Assembly (NCBI GenBank): GCA_031411295.1
Contig: JANOAV010000005.1
Span: 1 to 23,287, forward strand
DNA from: Verrucomicrobiales bacterium
Lineage (GTDB): Bacteria; Verrucomicrobiota; Verrucomicrobiia; Verrucomicrobiales; V1-33
DNA: 23,287 bases
Reading direction: 5' to 3'
Each line of letters begins with the position of its first letter. Position 1 is the first letter of the stretch. Below, one piece after another: positions 7,492-14,884 of this stretch. The position numbers and the translations under genes were made by a program. The notes below the pieces were generated by a model, which did not search any database, was not told where the DNA came from, and worked only from the letters and a program-made list of their open reading frames with translations.

Positions 7492-10449
7492 TTATTGGGG
7501 GCGGTCCGTCCAATCCAGCCGATGCTTACTTAGATAACTGCGGATGTGCTTCAGGTCCCAGCGCCAGAGCGTTTGATGGCTCGCTTGCAATTCCCATAGC
7601 GTGGAGTCATCCGGACTCAGCGCTAAGTGTGCGGCGGGGGTTTCCTGATCGCTGCGCAGGTGGACGGCGGGCTGTCCATCGTGGGCCCGGTAAATGCCGA
7701 TGGTGCCAGGTTGCAGGGATTTTACGATCCATTGAGAATCCGCCGAGAACCATTGGTTTCGGGTGAGTTCAATTTTACCGCAGGCGGTGTTCTGCCAAAG
7801 CTGTTGCCAGGTATCCGTGTCAAACAGCCGCATCCCGCTGGCATCCCCGATGGCCAGGGATTTACCATCGGGGCTGAAGGTGCAGGAGTTCCAGTCGCCA
7901 GTTCCAGTGATTTCTCTAACAACATTTCCATCTACTGTTGCCAGCACCGTAACCCCCGCTTGGCGGTGTCCAGTCGCCAGCCATTTTCCCGTGGGATGCA
8001 ACGAGCCATACTCGCTGGTGTCGGTCGCCAGGGATCGGCTGATTTCACCGTTCGAGCCGGGGGAAAGACACCACCAACCATTACGGTTCCACCCAGCTCG
8101 CAATTGTCCATCGGTCGAAACGCGCAATTGTCCATTGGGACTGTCTGCGCGTTCGGTGGCAACGATGGTGGGTAGTCCCGTTTGGCCGGATTTATTGCAG
8201 GGCAGGCGCAGGATCTGCTCCCCACCAGCAAAGAGATAGCGACCATCCCCCGAAAATGCCACGTCAGAGGTCGGGATGCCCAGACTGCCTTGCAGGCTCG
8301 CATTGATGGGGTTCACGAGGACGATCTGCGACGCCATCGGCACGACCAGCAGCGGTGCGGAGGGATGAATCGCAAAACGATTAGCGATGCCGCTGCGGGT
8401 GAGAATTTCTGCGCGCGGCAGGACCACAGCAATGCGATCACTGCGTTCAAACTGGTAAATGAAATCGCCCCCCACGCCGCACAATGCCAGTTGCCGACCA
8501 TCGGGGGAGAAACTCGGGATACTGTTAGGGAGCGAGACGCGGTTGACGCGCGTTCCTGTCGCGAGATCCCACAAATAAGTCAGTCCCGCCCAGGAAGTCG
8601 TGACCGCGTGCCGACCATCCGGGGAGAGGGCCAGGGCACTGATGAAACTTTGCCCAGCTTCGATGATTTCCCATTGGCGGGAACCTTCCATGCGCCAAAG
8701 GCCCACGCTGCCGTCGTCGAACCCAGCAGCAATCACACTGGCATCGGCGGACAGCGCCAAGGCCCCGCTAAGACGCCGGGGGCACTTGAGACTGTGGCGC
8801 AACTCACCTTCGGGCAAAGCGTGGAGGGCGATGCCCGTGCCACCGAGCCGACAATACGCCACCGTCTGGTTATCATTCGCGATGACGGAGCCCAGCCCAG
8901 GCCCTCTGCCCCTGGCGGTTTTCCATTCGTGAGGTTTCCCAGGATGCTCTGGATCAATCACCGTGACAGTGCCATCTTCACCCCAAGCGATCACCCAATG
9001 GCCGTCCGGAGTCACGCTCCATTGGCAGGTCCCGGTCCCGGCTGCAGTGAGCGGCGTTTCCGACACGCCGTTTTTCCAAGTATGAAAGCGCCCCAGATTA
9101 TCACGCGCAAAGATCCGCTGCGCAGCAGCATCTTCCGCCACCGCGTGCAGCCAAGTGGCACCATCAATTTTGTGGGTTAGGCGGAGTGGATTTCCTGACA
9201 TGCGCTGAAGGCCGATTTCTCGGGCGCAGATGGCCCCTTGCTCCCAGTTGTAGATTGGCAAATGTTCGGTGGCTGGGGTGGAGGAAATCAACTTCAAGCC
9301 TGGGATCGCCAGTGCCGCCACCATTTCCTCGCGCACCGCCGGATCGCCCGGTTGCAGGGCGGCCGCCTTTTCCAACAGCTCCAAGGCTTGGAAGCGGGCA
9401 TCCGGATCGCCATTGCGGCGGGCATTGTGGGCCTGCTGCACCAGACTGGTAAAGAGATTCTGTTGGGAGGCCGCTTCGGCCTTCTCCGCGCGGGCGACCA
9501 ACTGGCGTTGTGCCTCAGCCTCCCGCCCCTGCCACCACGCCAAGCCAAAGGCGATGCCACCAAGGACGACCGCAGCGCTGGCAATTTTCTTGAGCAGCGC
9601 GATGCGGCCTTTCATCTGCCGCACTTGACGAACAGATTGGCCGCTGTGCAGCAGGGCCAGATCTGCCAGGAGTTCCTCGGCAGTGCGGTAGCGGCGGGTG
9701 CTGTTAGGTTCACAGCAGCGGAGCACGACTTCGTAAAATTCAAAAGCAGCCTGGTCCTGCTGCGTGGCCCATTCCGGCGGTAACGCAGGGAAACGCATCG
9801 CTTCATAACCCGTCACCATTTCATACAGCACCCGACCCAGCGCATACAAATCCGCGCCCGGTTGGCCCGGGCCTTCCGGCGGGACGTAGCCTTCCGTGCC
9901 CACATAGCTGCGGCTCTCCGAACTGTCTCCCACCAAACCAATGTCCGCCAATTTCGCCCGGCCATCGACAAAGATGATGTTGGATGGCTTCACATCCCGA
10001 TGCACCAAACCCACGCGATGCAGATCCGCCATGCCGTTGGCGAGACTAACCGCTATTTCCAAACAATCCCCTACCGGCATTCGGCCCATGCGGCCGATGA
10101 CTAACCGCAATGTGCAAGGCACATAAGCATCCGGTTCACTGGCCGCTTCCACCCCGGGAATGGCGCAATCCGCCAGCTCCATAACGTAATGGAAATGAGA
10201 TCCATCCGCCGCTCGCCCGGCATGCAAGACATTGACCAACCCCGCCGCCTTCCGGCTGACTGGTTCGTAGCGACGGACGGCGGAGAACTCTCGATCAAAG
10301 GGTCGCAGGCTCTCGAAGGAAGCTCTGCGCACCACCTTAACGGCCCGCATCACGCCCATGACATTGCGCGCCAGCCACACTTCCCCATACGCCCCCCGGC
10401 CAATGAGGCGGAGCAGTTCGTGGTCCGGGATGTCAGGAGGTGGCAGCAT
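7492..10449 (-). CDS. Hanks-type Ser/Thr protein kinase with a TM helix and C-terminal WD40 beta-propellers
   Basis: IGRGAYGEVW, AVK, HRDVKPSN, DIG (DFG position), GTEGYVPPE and DLYALG. Hydrophobic segment IASAAVVLGGIAFGLAWW, a helical linker, then many FSPDG/LWDL WD40-type blades. Confidence 0.93.
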   Translation of the reverse strand: MLPPPDIPDHELLRLIGRGAYGEVWLARNVMGVMRAVKVVRRASFESLRPFDREFSAVRRYEPVSRKAAGLVNVLHAGRAADGSHFHYVMELADCAIPGVEAASEPDAYVPCTLRLVIGRMGRMPVGDCLEIAVSLANGMADLHRVGLVHRDVKPSNIIFVDGRAKLADIGLVGDSSESRSYVGTEGYVPPEGPGQPGADLYALGRVLYEMVTGYEAMRFPALPPEWATQQDQAAFEFYEVVLRCCEPNSTRRYRTAEELLADLALLHSGQSVRQVRQMKGRIALLKKIASAAVVLGGIAFGLAWWQGREAEAQRQLVARAEKAEAASQQNLFTSLVQQAHNARRNGDPDARFQALELLEKAAALQPGDPAVREEMVAALAIPGLKLISSTPATEHLPIYNWEQGAICAREIGLQRMSGNPLRLTHKIDGATWLHAVAEDAAAQRIFARDNLGRFHTWKNGVSETPLTAAGTGTCQWSVTPDGHWVIAWGEDGTVTVIDPEHPGKPHEWKTARGRGPGLGSVIANDNQTVAYCRLGGTGIALHALPEGELRHSLKCPRRLSGALALSADASVIAAGFDDGSVGLWRMEGSRQWEIIEAGQSFISALALSPDGRHAVTTSWAGLTYLWDLATGTRVNRVSLPNSIPSFSPDGRQLALCGVGGDFIYQFERSDRIAVVLPRAEILTRSGIANRFAIHPSAPLLVVPMASQIVLVNPINASLQGSLGIPTSDVAFSGDGRYLFAGGEQILRLPCNKSGQTGLPTIVATERADSPNGQLRVSTDGQLRAGWNRNGWWCLSPGSNGEISRSLATDTSEYGSLHPTGKWLATGHRQAGVTVLATVDGNVVREITGTGDWNSCTFSPDGKSLAIGDASGMRLFDTDTWQQLWQNTACGKIELTRNQWFSADSQWIVKSLQPGTIGIYRAHDGQPAVHLRSDQETPAAHLALSPDDSTLWELQASHQTLWRWDLKHIRSYLSKHRLDWTDRPQ

Positions 10450-10557
10450 GGGCGCAAGCGTTGGTCGTGATGGCTAGGGAAGATTATCGCCCAGCTTAGG
10501 ATAAATTAACCCGACTGCGCCAGCTTAGTTTTGTGGGGACGGGAAGCGCTGGAAACA

Positions 10558-13170
10558 TTAGGGAAGTTCCACCACCCGGAAGAAATACTTTCCACCTTCA
10601 TGCAGCGGAAGGAATCGATCTGTGCCTACATAGTCGGGCCGACGGTTGGCGACCGCAAACCAACTGAACTCCGCCATGGTGCGCGAACGCTGGAGTTCGT
10701 AGGTCCTGCCAGGGCGGCAGGTGTAATCCAGATTGAAATTGAATGCTGTCGGTGGGCCGCCCGGAAGGGGCGGGTTGCGCTCGAAGTTTACGATTTCCAA
10801 TTTGAATCCATCAGGCGCAAATACCGGAGCGCTGAGTTCACTGGTGGCAGACGTTAGGGTGGCGGTGGCGCTGATGTAAGCGATGCCCAACCGCTTGGGA
10901 ACAGTCGTGCTCCAAGTGGGACCGGAGATCATGCGACTCGCCAGGCGGACTTCTGCGTCGGCATGGGGGCGGCCACTCCAGTTCAAAAAGGTGGTGCCGA
11001 AAATTTCCACCCGAGCCTGGAAGGTGTCGGATTGCAGGCTATCCAGAGTGCCGGAAATGATCCAGTTTCCGCCGGATTCCACCACGCTGGAGATCACTGG
11101 CTTGTTCATCAGGGCGTTGGGCCCGCCATCACCATCGCCCCCATCGTTGGCTGTAGGCGTGTTGTTCGCCTCCCCACTGGGTTGCAGATTGATGCCCAGA
11201 CCAGAGTTGGCATAACACACATTGTTGGAAAACGTGCTATAAGATGCCCCGCGCGCCACGATTCCGTCCCCTTGGTTATTGGTAATTGTGTTCTCGGAAA
11301 AATTCGTCACGGCACTGCCTTCGATCACGGCCCCATGCCCGCGGTTCCTGGCCCCAAGCAGGCCAATTTTATTCAAGGTGAAAAACAGGCTACTCCCACC
11401 GAGCACGCTGATGCCACGCGTGGCATTCCCTCCGATCACATTCGCATAAATGCTCACAGCCGAACCAGAATTGATTTCAACACCGATGTCATCTCCTAAC
11501 AGCACTGGCACCAACGATGGGTTCGTGCCAATGTGATTGCGGGCGACCAGGACATCCGCGTCGGTGCCCAACGTTAGCGAGATCCCATTGCCCAAACTGG
11601 CTGCAATCACCGATTCCTCCACCGTGAGGCGGACCACATTGCCCCTAGCAACGATACCGCTGGCATTGCCCAGATCCAACTGACCATCAGCCGTGGTGCC
11701 AATGTAACAATGCTGGATCCTGACATTATCAATGGGGGTTTCATCCCCGATGCTATCAATGCGAATTCCAGGCCCGACGTTACCACTGATCAAACTGAAC
11801 GGCTGCGGGTAGGTGGGTGATCCGAAAGTTATTCCGACGGTAACGTCCCTGACACCCGCTCCGATGAAGATGCCGCTGGCCTGATTGGGCACCGCCAAAG
11901 TGCCAGCCAGATTAGTGCCGATGTGGTTGTGCGTTACATTCATTCCCCTGACATTACTCCCAGCGATGTGGATTCCACTCTGCAGGTTGCCGCTGATCAC
12001 GTTGTGAGGAACGGCCGGCCCCACTCCCGTTTGCCCCGAACCGCCAATCTCTATGCCGTAACCCAACCTGGAAAAGGAGACGATTTCGATCCCGTGGCGT
12101 TCATTCGGCCGTGCCGTGTTGCCGGCCAGATCTACTCCGATGTGGTTCCCGTTAAAACCAAGTGAACCTTCCACTGCCGAAAAGTTTATCAGCACCCCAC
12201 TAAACGCATTTCCAGAAATCACATTCTGCCGAACAGTGCAGTATTTAGCAGTTCCATTAAAGACAATGCCATGCCCTCCGTTCCGATGACGCAGGCTGTT
12301 GACCAGCATCTCTGTCGGCACCGTCAGACCGATCCTGTTGGAAGTCATGAGGACCGCGGTGGAAATTAAACGCACTCCATTGGCACTGTTCGAATCAATC
12401 ACGTTGCCTGTGATCGCTACCTGTTTTAGCCCGTTTTGCAAAGAGTCGTTAGAAGCACTATCAAGGACGATACCCTCGGCACATTCCCGAATAGCGTTGT
12501 AGCTAATCACAGCGGTTCCCTGGTGCGTCGAGTCCACAACCCCAAAGGTCCCGAAACTTTCCGAGTAGATGCCTGCCCGCAGCGCCCCATTGATAATGTT
12601 CCCCTGAATCAAAACATCTCGACAATAGTTTGAACCCAGGACGCCCCCGCGGGCCAGCAGGATTCCATCCCCACTCAGGATGCGGCTGAAACTGTAGGCA
12701 TAATTATTGATCGAACAACCGATCACCCCACCACCACTAACTCCGCTGAAAATGATATTGGCCTTATCCGTGCTCGCTCCCATAATGCCGATGTCGCGGA
12801 TAAAGACCTGATCACTCTCGACCCGCAGGCCATGCTCGTAACCCGGGACCTGCACTTCCATCGTGACCCCGGAGCCAGCGATGGGAGCCCGGATCGTCGT
12901 GGGGGTGGTGATCGGTGGCAGCGGTGTGCTCAAGATGGAAACCGGCAGCGCCCCGCCCGCAGCAGGAGGCATGAGCACAATGGCGTCAGCGACCGTGAAG
13001 CCATTGCCGTTGGCATCCAGAATGGCCTGCCGCAACGAGCCGGCCCCTGAGTCATTGAGGTTGGAGACAACGAAATCAGCCGCCGGAGCCCGCAGTGCCA
13101 GAGCCAGCAAGGCCAGGGCAACGAGGGATTTTAGCGAGATGGCAATAGAAGATGATGTAAAGAATTTCAT
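10558..13170 (-). CDS. Secreted/surface parallel beta-helix repeat protein
   Basis: Signal peptide ending LRAPA-A; N-terminal FVVSNLNDSGAGSLRQAILDAN motif; repeated NVISGN..SG and NHIG(T/V) rungs; GLGINL...TANDGGDGDGGPNALMNKPVI motif; C-terminal domain ending YFFRVVELP. Confidence 0.85.
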   Translation of the reverse strand: MKFFTSSSIAISLKSLVALALLALALRAPAADFVVSNLNDSGAGSLRQAILDANGNGFTVADAIVLMPPAAGGALPVSILSTPLPPITTPTTIRAPIAGSGVTMEVQVPGYEHGLRVESDQVFIRDIGIMGASTDKANIIFSGVSGGGVIGCSINNYAYSFSRILSGDGILLARGGVLGSNYCRDVLIQGNIINGALRAGIYSESFGTFGVVDSTHQGTAVISYNAIRECAEGIVLDSASNDSLQNGLKQVAITGNVIDSNSANGVRLISTAVLMTSNRIGLTVPTEMLVNSLRHRNGGHGIVFNGTAKYCTVRQNVISGNAFSGVLINFSAVEGSLGFNGNHIGVDLAGNTARPNERHGIEIVSFSRLGYGIEIGGSGQTGVGPAVPHNVISGNLQSGIHIAGSNVRGMNVTHNHIGTNLAGTLAVPNQASGIFIGAGVRDVTVGITFGSPTYPQPFSLISGNVGPGIRIDSIGDETPIDNVRIQHCYIGTTADGQLDLGNASGIVARGNVVRLTVEESVIAASLGNGISLTLGTDADVLVARNHIGTNPSLVPVLLGDDIGVEINSGSAVSIYANVIGGNATRGISVLGGSSLFFTLNKIGLLGARNRGHGAVIEGSAVTNFSENTITNNQGDGIVARGASYSTFSNNVCYANSGLGINLQPSGEANNTPTANDGGDGDGGPNALMNKPVISSVVESGGNWIISGTLDSLQSDTFQARVEIFGTTFLNWSGRPHADAEVRLASRMISGPTWSTTVPKRLGIAYISATATLTSATSELSAPVFAPDGFKLEIVNFERNPPLPGGPPTAFNFNLDYTCRPGRTYELQRSRTMAEFSWFAVANRRPDYVGTDRFLPLHEGGKYFFRVVELP

Positions 13171-13205
13171 AGTAGGAAGGGATGGATTGTGGGCTCACGT
13201 GTGGA

Positions 13206-13234
13206 ATCTCCCCGCCCGGTTGAAATCTTGCAGC
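13206..13234 (-). promoter_or_regulatory. Putative ECF-dependent promoter of the surface-protein gene
   Basis: Minus strand GCTGCAAGAT (13234-13225)-N15-AGAT (13209-13206), 35 bp before the ATG at 13170. It matches the site upstream of the ECF gene. Confidence 0.6.
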
Positions 13235-13260
13235 AGCCGGTAAATATTTTTCTGATGGAA

Positions 13261-13334
13261 ATGGCGGAGGGACTCCGCCACTCCCAGTCGCACCTCGTTT
13301 GTTTCGCTGGGAGTGGCGCGACTCTGTCCGCCAT
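13261..13334. repeat. Inverted REP-like doublet (GGAG type), one arm degenerate
   Basis: ATGGCGGAGGGACTCCGCCACTCCCAG (13261-13287; reverse complement CTGGGAG-TGGCGGAG-TCC-CTCCGCCA-T) pairs with CTGGGAGTGGCGCGACTCTGTCCGCCAT (13307-13334). Confidence 0.7.
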
Positions 13335-13366
13335 CTCCCCATCCTACGGCCTCTGGTATCCTAACT

Positions 13367-13981
13367 TCACTCCCGTCCTTCGCGCAGCTTCGCCACCTCC
13401 TGCTTCATCAAGCGCGAGACCCGGTGCTTGGCCAGATAGGCCTGCGGGGCACCCACGCCCAAGCTGCGACAGACGTCTTTGAGCGGAATTTCCTGGCGCA
13501 CCAGCATATCGAATATCAGAAAATTTCGCGCTCCCACACGTTGTTGCACCAACTGAGCGGCGGCTTCAAACAATCGGCTTTGCCATTCCTCCTGCCAGAT
13601 GCGGTCCAGCGCATCATCATCCGATGCCAGCGAGGAAATATTTTCAGGCAACGCCACGGTCAGTTGCTGCTTGGGTAACTTCGCCCGCCAGTGATCCGCC
13701 ATCCGCCGACGCACGATGGTCAACAGCCAACCCTTGAAGGATCCTCCTTGTTGCTTGCGGTAGTCACCCACGGATTTTGCCACCGACAACATCACCTCCT
13801 GCACAATGTCCTGCGCATCCGCATCCCCCAGCCCCGCCTTCCGCGCGAATCCATAGATCAACCGCCAGTAGCGCTCAAAAAATTCCCGCCACCCCGCCTG
13901 GTCATCGCACTCCGCCAACCGATTGAGCAGACTGTGACGAGTTTGCAGGGAAGCATCTGCGGATGTGGGTGAATCATTCAT
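13367..13981 (-). CDS. ECF-type RNA polymerase sigma-70 factor
   Basis: 204 aa with only sigma2 (WREFFERYWRLIYGFA..DAQDIVQEV..SFKGWLLTIVRRRMADHWR) and a sigma4 HTH (LKDVCRSLGVGAPQAYLAKHRV). It has an N-terminal TRHSLLNRL motif. Confidence 0.93.
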   Translation of the reverse strand: MNDSPTSADASLQTRHSLLNRLAECDDQAGWREFFERYWRLIYGFARKAGLGDADAQDIVQEVMLSVAKSVGDYRKQQGGSFKGWLLTIVRRRMADHWRAKLPKQQLTVALPENISSLASDDDALDRIWQEEWQSRLFEAAAQLVQQRVGARNFLIFDMLVRQEIPLKDVCRSLGVGAPQAYLAKHRVSRLMKQEVAKLREGRE

Positions 13982-13991
13982 GTCTGACGTT

Positions 13992-14020
13992 ATCGTTCAC
14001 GCTCCGCCGGATCTTGCAGC
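13992..14020 (-). promoter_or_regulatory. Putative autoregulatory ECF promoter
   Basis: Minus strand GCTGCAAGAT (14020-14011)-N15-CGAT (13995-13992), 10 bp before the ATG at 13981. Confidence 0.6.
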
Positions 14021-14028
14021 CAGAAAAC

Positions 14029-14057
14029 GTAAAAAATAATCGAAGCTGACAGCTTCG
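14029..14057 (-). terminator. Probable intrinsic terminator of the AlkD-like gene
   Basis: Perfect inverted repeat CGAAGCTG-A-CAGCTTCG (14041-14057), 7 bp after the stop codon, followed on the minus strand by ATTATTTTTT. Confidence 0.6.
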
Positions 14058-14064
14058 TCCACCC

Positions 14065-14769
14065 TCAACACTTGGCAGACTTCCGTTTCTTCCCGATGCT
14101 ACCACGCGCTTGGACCTTGCGAATATAGGCAACCGCATCCGGCACTTGGCAGGAGGTGTCGCCCATGTCCACGTTGACGAGGCCAATCTTTTCGGCTGTT
14201 GCGATGGCCATGGCAGTCAACGCAGCAACATAACAGCCAACGCAGATGACGAATCCGTTCATACTATAGCGCACAGCGTTCGGGGCCTGGTGAATTTCCT
14301 GTTGCACCCGCTTTAGTAAATGTTGCAGTTCTTTGAGATCCAAATTCACATCCGCGGTGATGGAAACATAACTGCTCCACGTGGCCCAACCAGCCACGGC
14401 TAGGAGTTCCTGCGGGGAGTCAATCCAGCGTCGCGCCATGGTGCAGGCGTGAGGACTGCCAGCGGCCACCCAAGCCACGATATTTCCCGCCAGGGGAGGC
14501 GACGCGCGTTCCGCCCAATGTTGTAAATTTTCCGGCGTCATTTTCGCATCATCAGCGATAAGCCCGGCCAGATACATGGCATCATAAACGCCGGTGTCAT
14601 AGAGGTCCAAGGCCAGTTGATAGTCCCGCTTGATGCGCTTTTGGATCTTCTTAAGTTCCTCAATCTTCACCCCGTAGATTGGCTCGGGCGCACGATGCTT
14701 GCGCATGACCTTGCGATATCCCTCGGTGCCGAGGGGAGCTATTTCTTTGAGGATGGCAGCGGCAGTCAT
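14065..14769 (-). CDS. DNA alkylation repair protein (AlkD-like, HEAT-like repeats)
   Basis: YGVKIEELKKIQK, YQLALDLYDTGVYDAMYLAGLIAD, NAVRYSMNGFVI and VDMGDTSCQVPDA..YIRK....G.IGKKRK are typical of this family. Confidence 0.88.
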   Translation of the reverse strand: MTAAAILKEIAPLGTEGYRKVMRKHRAPEPIYGVKIEELKKIQKRIKRDYQLALDLYDTGVYDAMYLAGLIADDAKMTPENLQHWAERASPPLAGNIVAWVAAGSPHACTMARRWIDSPQELLAVAGWATWSSYVSITADVNLDLKELQHLLKRVQQEIHQAPNAVRYSMNGFVICVGCYVAALTAMAIATAEKIGLVNVDMGDTSCQVPDAVAYIRKVQARGSIGKKRKSAKC

Positions 14770-14775
14770 GCGGGT

Positions 14776-14804
14776 ATGCTTAGCACCAGAAAAATCTCAG
14801 GCAA
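14776..14804 (-). promoter_or_regulatory. Putative sigma70 promoter giving a leaderless transcript
   Basis: Minus strand TTGCCT (14804-14799)-N17-AAGCAT (14781-14776)-N6-ATG; no Shine-Dalgarno sequence. Confidence 0.45.
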
Positions 14805-14884
14805 GAAACTCTGGCGATTCCCTGCTTGAACCGAGAAGCTCTGACAACACCATACGGCCATCACGTTGAACGCCGTTTTCGGCT

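Noticed and set aside
8182..9180. Long antisense ORFs (332 aa here; also 5195-6025, 5127-5861, 4320-4985, 3042-3644 and 21638-22210)
   Set aside because: They are shadows of well-supported genes in GC-rich DNA and have no recognisable motifs.
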